A stretch of DNA of 64,000 nt from Candidatus Accumulibacter meliphilus (GTDB lineage: Bacteria; Pseudomonadota; Gammaproteobacteria; Burkholderiales; Rhodocyclaceae): contig QPGA01000020.1 in NCBI GenBank assembly GCA_003332265.1, forward strand, positions 6,485-70,484. Reading direction: 5' to 3'. Shown here piece by piece: positions 57,398 through 64,000 of the stretch. The notes beneath the pieces were generated by a model, which was not told the DNA's origin, did not search any database, and saw only the letters and a program-made list of their open reading frames with translations. The position numbers and the translations under genes were made by a program. How positions within the stretch are numbered: the first letter of the stretch is position 1; each line of letters starts with the position of its first letter.

Positions 57398-58779
57398 CAG
57401 TCGCCCCCGTCAATCGCTGGCAAGACAATGGCGTCTGCCACCCGCTCCATGCGCATGAAGCGCGAGCCCTTGACCAGAACCGTGGTTTCCGGGTTCAGCT
57501 CGGCGATCAGGGCGGCGATCAGTTTGTCGAGGTTCTGGAAGTGCTCGCCACCGCTGCCGAAATTGTGCGCGGCGAGAGCGCTCGCCTCACCAAGGGTGAA
57601 CAGGCGATCGATCCCCTGGCTTTTGGCATAGCCGCCGATTTCGTCGTGAAACTGGCCGCTCATCGCGCCGATCTCGCCCATGTCGCCGAGGACCAGCACG
57701 CTGTGCCCGATGGTTGCCGCGAGCACATCGATGCCGGCGCGGACCGAGTCGGGATTGGCGTTGTAGGTATCATCGAGGAGGAGCGCACCGTGCAAGGCCG
57801 CACGCCGTTGTAGCCGCCCCTTGAGACCCTGAAAAGCGCTCAGGCCAGCCTGCACAGCGGCCAGCGAGACTCCGGCGGCGAGACAGGCGGTGGCGGCGGC
57901 CAGCGCGTTTCGGGCGTTGTGCTGCCCGGGAAGGGCGAGCACAATCTCGACCTCGTCGCCGGCAGCGGCGACGCTGAGCCGGCTTTCGAGACCGTGCAGA
58001 TAGAAGCGACCGCGGACGTCTGCGGCTTTTTCGAAGCCGAAAGTCATCATCCGCAGGGCGCGACTCTGACTGCGCCAGAGTTCCGCCCATTGGTCGTCGG
58101 CGCAGAACACGGCGATGCCACTCTCGTCGAGTCCCGAATAGATACTGCCTTTTTCGGCGGCGATCGCTTCGAGCGAGCCCATTCCCTCGATATGCGCACG
58201 CTGCGCGTTGGTCACCAGGGCGACGCTGGGGCGCGCAATTCCCGCCAGATAGGCAATCTCACCGGGATGATTCATGCCCATCTCGATGATCGCCGCACGA
58301 TCACTGGCCTGCAGCCGCAGCAGCGTCAGCGGCAGGCCGATGTCGTTGTTGTAGTTGCCCCGGGTGACCAGCAGCGCATCGCCGTAGACGACTTTCAGGA
58401 TGCTGGCGATCATTTCCTTGGTCGTCGTCTTGCCATTGCTGCCGGTGACGGCAATCAAGGGCAGCGTGAAACGGCCGCGCCAATCGGCGGCCAGGGCACC
58501 GAGTGACAAGCGTGTTTCAGCCACCTGAACCAAGGGCAGAGAGAGCTCCTGCAGCCCATCGACGGCATCGGCGGCGACCACTGCGGCGACCGCGCCGCGG
58601 GCCTTGGCGGCGGCTAGGTAGTGGTGACCGTCGAAATTGTCGCCGCGCAGGGCAAGAAAGAGCTCGCCGGCTGCGCTGCTTCGGCTATCGGTCGACAGGC
58701 CGCAGAACTGGACATTCTCGCCAAGCAGTTGGCCGTCGGTTGCGCGCGCAACGGCCAGGAGATCCATCATCACGGTCAT
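57397..58779 (-). CDS. murF: UDP-N-acetylmuramoyl-tripeptide--D-alanyl-D-alanine ligase
   Basis: [13 protein letters not shown], Mur ligase middle and C-terminal domains. 460 aa. Confidence 0.95.
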   Translation of the reverse strand: MTVMMDLLAVARATDGQLLGENVQFCGLSTDSRSSAAGELFLALRGDNFDGHHYLAAAKARGAVAAVVAADAVDGLQELSLPLVQVAETRLSLGALAADWRGRFTLPLIAVTGSNGKTTTKEMIASILKVVYGDALLVTRGNYNNDIGLPLTLLRLQASDRAAIIEMGMNHPGEIAYLAGIARPSVALVTNAQRAHIEGMGSLEAIAAEKGSIYSGLDESGIAVFCADDQWAELWRSQSRALRMMTFGFEKAADVRGRFYLHGLESRLSVAAAGDEVEIVLALPGQHNARNALAAATACLAAGVSLAAVQAGLSAFQGLKGRLQRRAALHGALLLDDTYNANPDSVRAGIDVLAATIGHSVLVLGDMGEIGAMSGQFHDEIGGYAKSQGIDRLFTLGEASALAAHNFGSGGEHFQNLDKLIAALIAELNPETTVLVKGSRFMRMERVADAIVLPAIDGGD

Positions 58780-60287
58780 TCGGCCATCTCCTGACGAGCA
58801 GTGAGTGCGGCACGCGCTTGCAGGACGTCGGAAAACGGCCGCCGCACGCCGCGGATCTCCTGATACGACTCGTGCCCCTTGCCGGCAATCAACACCACAT
58901 CCGCGGGGTGTGCGGCAAGGAGGGTGCGCTCGATCGCCTCGCCGCGATCGACAAAGACTTCGGCAGCCGGTGCCGCGACGCGAATCTCGTCGATAATCGC
59001 CTGCGCATCTTCGCCACGCGGGTTGTCACTGGTCAACACGACATGATCGGCGCGCGCTGTGGCGATCGCTCCCATCAGCGGTCGCTTGCCGCGGTCGCGA
59101 TCGCCACCACAGCCGAAAATGACGAGCAGGCGGGCACCACGAGCTGTCGCCACCGCCCGCAAGGCGCCCAGTGCGCTGTCCAGGGCATCGGGGGTGTGTG
59201 CGTAATCGACGACCACCAGCGGTTCGTTGCGGCCGCCGATCTTCTCCAGGCGACCGGCTGGCGAGGGCAACTGCGCGAAGCGTTCGGCGACGGCTTTCGG
59301 CGTCAAGCCGGCGTCGATCAGGACGGCGGCAACAGCGAGGAGATTGGAGACGTTGTAACGACCGAGCAGGCCGGTTTCGACCAGCGCGCGCCCGTTCGGA
59401 GCACAAAGCCGGAAGCGCAAACCGTCGACGCTTTCCTCGACCTCTTCGGCGCGAAGCGTCCCCTGCCGACCGTCGGGGCTGTCCTGCTGGGTGTAAGCGA
59501 CCACTTTGGTGGCCGAACTGAGCGCCGCCAGCTGGCGCCCGAAAGGGTCGTCCAGATTGCACACCGCCAGGCGCAGCCTGGGCCAGGTAAAGAGTTCTGC
59601 CTTGGCCTGTGCGTAGGCCTCGAAGCTGCCGTGATAGTCGAGATGATCGCGCGTCAGATTGGTGAATACGGCGACATCGACGCGGGCGCCGTCGAGGCGA
59701 CCTTCGGCAATGCCGATCGAACTGGCTTCCAGCGCACAGGCCTGAGCCTGGTCGTCGGCAAAGCCTGCCAGGGAGCGCATCAGGGTCGTCGCTTCGGGTG
59801 TCGTGAAGCCGGTCTCGAACAAATGGCCGGGGAAACCGGCGCCCAAGGTGCCAATGATGGCGCAGCGGCGCGGGTGGCAAGCGGCAAGCCATTGCGTCAC
59901 GGTGGTCTTGCCATTGGTGCCGGTAACCGCGATCAGCGACAGCCGCTCACTGGGCCGCCCGTAAACAGCCTCTGCCAGCGGCCCACACAGTGACCGCAAG
60001 CCCTGCACCGGCAAATTGGCGATCCGCCACTCAGCGTTCCAGGCGAAATCGGCGGTCGCGGCAGCACCCGCCTCCCAGAGGACAGCGCAAGCGCCCGCGG
60101 CGATAGCCGCGGCAATGTGTTTGCGGCCATCGGCCAGGTCGCCAGGATAGGCGAGAAAGAGATCGCCGGCGCTGATCTGGCGGCTGTCGTCGCTGGCGCC
60201 GCTGGGCAGCACGCCAAGCGCCGCCAACTGCGCCAGCATATCGCGGGCAGTCGTGTCGGCCTTCATAAAGGCATCCGCCCTGCTCAC
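58776..60287 (-). CDS. murE: UDP-N-acetylmuramoyl-L-alanyl-D-glutamate--2,6-diaminopimelate ligase
   Basis: VTGTNGKTT, DNPRGED (the DNPR motif of meso-DAP-adding MurE). 503 aa. Confidence 0.95.
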   Translation of the reverse strand: MSRADAFMKADTTARDMLAQLAALGVLPSGASDDSRQISAGDLFLAYPGDLADGRKHIAAAIAAGACAVLWEAGAAATADFAWNAEWRIANLPVQGLRSLCGPLAEAVYGRPSERLSLIAVTGTNGKTTVTQWLAACHPRRCAIIGTLGAGFPGHLFETGFTTPEATTLMRSLAGFADDQAQACALEASSIGIAEGRLDGARVDVAVFTNLTRDHLDYHGSFEAYAQAKAELFTWPRLRLAVCNLDDPFGRQLAALSSATKVVAYTQQDSPDGRQGTLRAEEVEESVDGLRFRLCAPNGRALVETGLLGRYNVSNLLAVAAVLIDAGLTPKAVAERFAQLPSPAGRLEKIGGRNEPLVVVDYAHTPDALDSALGALRAVATARGARLLVIFGCGGDRDRGKRPLMGAIATARADHVVLTSDNPRGEDAQAIIDEIRVAAPAAEVFVDRGEAIERTLLAAHPADVVLIAGKGHESYQEIRGVRRPFSDVLQARAALTARQEMAE

Positions 60288-62035
60288 AACCTGGCCTTCG
60301 TCGCGGGCTTGGCGCTCTGCGCAACCTCCAGCGGCGCATCCGGCGCGATGCCCAGCGTCCGTAAGGTGCCAGCCATCACCGCCGCAAATACCGGTGCCGC
60401 CACTTCGCCACCATAGTACTTGCCGCGTGGCTCGTCGATCATCACGGCGACGACCAGGCGCGGATCCGAGGCCGGCGCAAAACCGACGAAGGACGCGACG
60501 TATTTCTTGGTCGAGTAGCGACCGCCTTCAAGCTTGCGCGCGGTACCGGTTTTGCCGGCCACACGATAACCCGGGATCTGCGCCCTGGGAGCCGTGCCAC
60601 CGGGCCGTACAGCCATCTCGAGCATGGCCCGCACCTCGCGCGCCGTCTGCGGGCTGAAGACTTGCTCGCCACGCGGCCGCGGGGAAGCAACACGGGTGAG
60701 CGAGAGCGGCACCAGATCGCCATCACGCGCAAAAACCGTATAGGCGCGCGCCAACTGAATCAGGGATACCGATATGCCATGCCCGAAGGACATCGTCGCC
60801 TGCTCGATGGGCCGCCAGGTCTTCCAGGGGCGCACCCGGCCGCTGACCGCGCCCGGAAATCCGAGAGCCGGTACCTGTCCGAAACCCACACCGTCGAACA
60901 TCGCCCACATCGCTTGCGCCGGCAGCATGGCCGCAATCTTCGACGCGCCGACGTTGGATGACTTCTGGATGACCTCGGCAACGCTCAGCACTCCGTAGCG
61001 ATGGGTATCGGAAATCGTCGCCGTGCCGATCCGCAAGCGACCGGGCGCACAGTTGATCGGGGTGTCGAAACGGACCTTGCCAGAGTCCATTGCCAGGGCA
61101 ATGGTGAATGGCTTCAGGGTCGAGCCGGGCTCGAAAGTGTCGGTCAAGGCACGGTTGCGCAGCTGGGCGCCGGAAAGATCCGTGCGATTGTTAGGGTTGT
61201 AGGTGGGCCAGTTGGCCAGGGCCAGGATTTCGCCGGTCCTGGCGTCGAGGACAACGACGCCGCCAGCCTTTGCCTTGCTGTCGGCGATGGCCTGCTTGAG
61301 CTGACTATAAACCAGGTACTGGACTTTCGAATCAAGCGCCAGGTTGATATCTTCGCCGTCCTGAGGCGGCTTGATAGCGCCGACATCTTCTTCAACGATC
61401 TGGCCGCGCCGGTCCTTGATCACGCTACGGCTGCCGGGCGTGCCCAACAATTTTCCGTGGAAGGCCAGCTCAGCGCCTTCGAGCCCCCTGTCGTCGACGC
61501 CGGTGAAACCGACCATGTGTGCGGTCATCTCCCCAGTCGGGTAGAAGCGGCGATACTCCTTGTCCTGACCGATGCCAGGCAGCTTGAGCGCAGCCACCTG
61601 CGCAGCCACCGGCGGTGGAATCTGGCGGCGCAGGAAGACGAAAGGCTTATCGGTCGTCAGCTTGCGGGTCAGCGCCTGCGCGTCGGTCTCCAGCAGCGTG
61701 GCCAGTTGCTGTGTCTGCTCGGCGCTCAGCTGCACCGCCGGCGGGACGGCCCAGATCGACCGCATCGGCGTGGAGATGGCCAGCACGTCGCCATGGCGGT
61801 CGGCAATGCGTCCGCGCGAGGCGGTGATTTCTATGTCACGCCGGTAGCGTGACTCGCCCTTTTCCTGCAAGAAATCGGTGTCGAGTATTTGCAGGTAGAA
61901 CGCACGGCCGATGAGAACCACAAAGGAAAAGAGAATCAGCAGCGCCATCAGCCGCGACCGCCAGGCGGGCAGGCGCAACTCCAGCAAGGGGCTCTCGGCG
62001 AATTTGTGGGCCACTTTTGCCTTGAAGCGCATCAT
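60284..62035 (-). CDS. ftsI: peptidoglycan D,D-transpeptidase FtsI (PBP3)
   Basis: PBP dimerisation domain plus transpeptidase motifs (STLKP, SSN, KTGT). 583 aa. Confidence 0.95.
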   Translation of the reverse strand: MMRFKAKVAHKFAESPLLELRLPAWRSRLMALLILFSFVVLIGRAFYLQILDTDFLQEKGESRYRRDIEITASRGRIADRHGDVLAISTPMRSIWAVPPAVQLSAEQTQQLATLLETDAQALTRKLTTDKPFVFLRRQIPPPVAAQVAALKLPGIGQDKEYRRFYPTGEMTAHMVGFTGVDDRGLEGAELAFHGKLLGTPGSRSVIKDRRGQIVEEDVGAIKPPQDGEDINLALDSKVQYLVYSQLKQAIADSKAKAGGVVVLDARTGEILALANWPTYNPNNRTDLSGAQLRNRALTDTFEPGSTLKPFTIALAMDSGKVRFDTPINCAPGRLRIGTATISDTHRYGVLSVAEVIQKSSNVGASKIAAMLPAQAMWAMFDGVGFGQVPALGFPGAVSGRVRPWKTWRPIEQATMSFGHGISVSLIQLARAYTVFARDGDLVPLSLTRVASPRPRGEQVFSPQTAREVRAMLEMAVRPGGTAPRAQIPGYRVAGKTGTARKLEGGRYSTKKYVASFVGFAPASDPRLVVAVMIDEPRGKYYGGEVAAPVFAAVMAGTLRTLGIAPDAPLEVAQSAKPATKARL

Positions 62036-62310
62036 CGCGACGCGCCTCCAGTCGGCGCCGTGGGGAGCAGAGTCTCGGCGTCAGGGGTGCGCATACCGAG
62101 CTTCTCGACGGCGATTTTCTCGATTCGCGGCGCCGTTCCCCAGGTCGACAGTTCAAGTTGCAACTGCCCGAACTCGACCTCGAGCTGACGCGTACGCTCG
62201 TGCTGTACGTCAAGCTCCTGGAAGAGTTGCCGCGCCTTGTGTTGCGAAGTGACCACGCCCAGGCTGCAAAGCATCACCACCAGGAGCAGGAGCAGATTCA
62301 GGCGCACCAT
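62032..62310 (-). CDS. ftsL: cell division protein FtsL
   Basis: 92 aa from ATG 62310 (MVRLNLLLLLVVMLCSLGVV... plus a coiled coil), 1 nt after the rsmH stop. The longer ORF extension overlaps rsmH. Confidence 0.88.
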   Translation of the reverse strand: MVRLNLLLLLVVMLCSLGVVTSQHKARQLFQELDVQHERTRQLEVEFGQLQLELSTWGTAPRIEKIAVEKLGMRTPDAETLLPTAPTGGASR

Positions 62311-62311
62311 T

Positions 62312-63265
62312 TCAGGCCGCCTTCCGGGCCAGTTTTTCGGCGACGCGCATGACGGCGCTGCGCGCCCTGGGGTTGGCGGCAACCTCTTCTTCGTTGGCCT
62401 TGAGCGGCTTGCCGACCAGGCGCAGCTCCGGCTGCGGCAGATCGACCGCACGCAAGGGAAGCTTCGCGGACAGGCGCTGATCGGGAGCGGCGGCGTCGCG
62501 CATGAAGCGTTTGACGATCCGGTCTTCGAGCGAGTGGAAGCTGATCACCACCAGCCGCCCGCCCGGCTTGAGGACTGTCATGGCCTGCGGCAGCACTAGC
62601 GTGAGTTGTTCGAGTTCTTGATTGATATGAATCCGTAGAGCTTGAAAGGTACGCGTCGCCGCGTCCTTGCCAGGCTCGCGGGTCCGCACGGCTTCGCGTA
62701 CAAGGGCTGCGAGCTCGCCCGTGGTTGCAAGCGGCCGCTCTCCCCGAACAGCCACAACCTTCTTTGCAATCTGGACAGCAAACCGTTCTTCCCCATAATT
62801 CCTGATAACCTCCGTAATTTCCTGCACGCTGGCCCGCTGCAACCATTGCGCTGCGGTTTCCCCTTGCGTCGTGTCCATCCGCATATCCAGCGGTGCGTCG
62901 TAACGGAAGCTGAAACCCCGCTCCCCTTGATCAAGCTGTGGCGACGAGACGCCAATATCGAGAAGCACGCCATCGACGCCTTCCGCGACGTCGATTCCCG
63001 CCAGGCGCAAGGCCTCGCTCAACTCGCCGAAGCGCTGGTGCATGACCAGCAGCCTGCGATCCTGAATCTCTCGCGCCGGCAGCACCGCCTCCAGGTCGCG
63101 ATCGAGAGCCAGCAGGCGACCGTCCGGCCCCAGCCTTTCGAGAATCGCCCGGCTGTGTCCGCCACGACCAAAAGTGCCATCGACATAGGTTCCGGCGGGT
63201 TTTATCTCCAGGGCGTCAACCGCCTCCCGCAGCAAGACCGTCTGATGCTGTGCCGACAAGCTCAC
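62312..63265 (-). CDS. rsmH: 16S rRNA (cytosine1402-N4)-methyltransferase
   Basis: [21 protein letters not shown]-like, [11 protein letters not shown]. The GTG start overlaps the mraZ stop. Confidence 0.95.
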   Translation of the reverse strand: MSLSAQHQTVLLREAVDALEIKPAGTYVDGTFGRGGHSRAILERLGPDGRLLALDRDLEAVLPAREIQDRRLLVMHQRFGELSEALRLAGIDVAEGVDGVLLDIGVSSPQLDQGERGFSFRYDAPLDMRMDTTQGETAAQWLQRASVQEITEVIRNYGEERFAVQIAKKVVAVRGERPLATTGELAALVREAVRTREPGKDAATRTFQALRIHINQELEQLTLVLPQAMTVLKPGGRLVVISFHSLEDRIVKRFMRDAAAPDQRLSAKLPLRAVDLPQPELRLVGKPLKANEEEVAANPRARSAVMRVAEKLARKAA

Positions 63266-63708
63266 AGCGCCAGATCCTCAAGCCCCGGCGGCAGACACTG
63301 ATCGCTGAGGGCAAAGACCGCTTCCTGCTGTTGCTGCCAGCCGAGGTCGGACCAGATTTCGAAATGACTCCCCTGCCCGACCAGCCAGACCTGCTTTTCC
63401 AGCACCGCGAACTGACGCAACTCGGGAGCGATCAGCAGGCGACCTGCCGCGTCCATCGCTTCCTCGCGCGCATTACCGACCAGCAGGCGTTTGATCGCTG
63501 CCGATTGCGGATTCATGCTCGACGCAGCGAGAACCTTGTCGCGAATCGGCTCCCAGGCGGGCTCGGGATAGAGGAGCAAGCAACGATGCGGGTGCGCGGT
63601 CAGTACCAGGCGCCCGTCAGCGACCGCGGCCAGAGCTTCCCGGTGACGTACCGGAATAGCTAGCCTGCCTTTTACATCGAGACTCAACGCCGCCGCACCC
63701 TGAAACAT
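63262..63708 (-). CDS. mraZ: transcriptional regulator MraZ
   Basis: [24 protein letters not shown] (duplicated SpoVT/AbrB-like DxxGR motifs). ATG at 63708. Confidence 0.93.
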   Translation of the reverse strand: MFQGAAALSLDVKGRLAIPVRHREALAAVADGRLVLTAHPHRCLLLYPEPAWEPIRDKVLAASSMNPQSAAIKRLLVGNAREEAMDAAGRLLIAPELRQFAVLEKQVWLVGQGSHFEIWSDLGWQQQQEAVFALSDQCLPPGLEDLAL

Positions 63709-63754
63709 CAATCCAACGCTTCCCTTGCAATCTTATCGAGAACACCGCAATCTT

Positions 63755-63782
63755 CCCACTTTCTACTACTTGCCCCCACTTT
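63755..63782 (-). promoter_or_regulatory. candidate MraZ operator (three direct boxes at 10-bp phasing) in the dcw promoter region
   Basis: The minus strand reads AAAGTGGG-gg-CAAGTAGT-ag-AAAGTGGG. There are two perfect 8-mers exactly 20 bp apart with a degenerate box midway, 47-74 nt upstream of the mraZ ATG. Confidence 0.45.
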
Positions 63783-64000
63783 AAGACAAAGATTGCGCTA
63801 AAGCAAGGACTCTTGCATTGCTTTTCTCAATAGCTACAAGGACTTATAGACGACTTCTGAAGCACACTGAAAGCAACATTGTTTTATAAAACAAGGGCGC
63901 TATTTTCGTAGTTAAAGTGGTTTCTCAAGAGGAGCCGGTAAACCGGTCCTGCACACGCCCTAAGCGGCCGATTGGCGACTCAGGAGAGGCGATGAGGGGA

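Noticed and set aside
1-64000. I scanned for CRISPR arrays, IS elements, transposases, integrases, rRNA genes and prophage genes.
   Set aside because: None was seen. There are no regularly spaced short repeats, no DDE or tyrosine-recombinase-like ORFs and no rRNA-like segments. The only repeats found are those listed as features.

Overview
High-GC (about 63%) chromosomal segment, probably from a betaproteobacterium (Rhodocyclales-like; inference from gene content and order). Gene order: (1) the 3' end of an RTX/T1SS substrate gene. (2) A minus-strand module of SQR-like flavoprotein, P-type ATPase and NifX-like protein, with two near-identical sigma54-type promoters, TGGCAG repeat sites and a divergent, decayed FisR-like sigma54 activator. 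(3) An MscK-type channel and an AlaX editing protein. (4) A roughly 10.8-kb defence/toxin-antitoxin islet next to tRNA-Met(CAT): HigBA, then a type I R-M operon hsdM-DUF1016 nuclease-hsdS-darT-darG-hsdR in which hsdM carries an in-frame amber codon, then a toxin remnant with an orphan MqsA-like antitoxin. (5) Housekeeping genes: rng, trhP/yegQ, ribE, a TetR-MFP-RND efflux operon, a TRAP transporter, pmbA, yjgA, mog, thyA and folA. (6) A complete dcw cluster (mraZ to ftsZ) plus lpxC on the minus strand. The most noteworthy items are the composite R-M/DarTG/PD-(D/E)xK operon with a broken methylase, and the reconstructed but apparently orphaned sigma54/FisR-like sulfide-type regulon. I saw no CRISPR array, IS element, integrase or rRNA. 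All calls rest on reading the translated ORFs and the DNA by eye; no database search was run.
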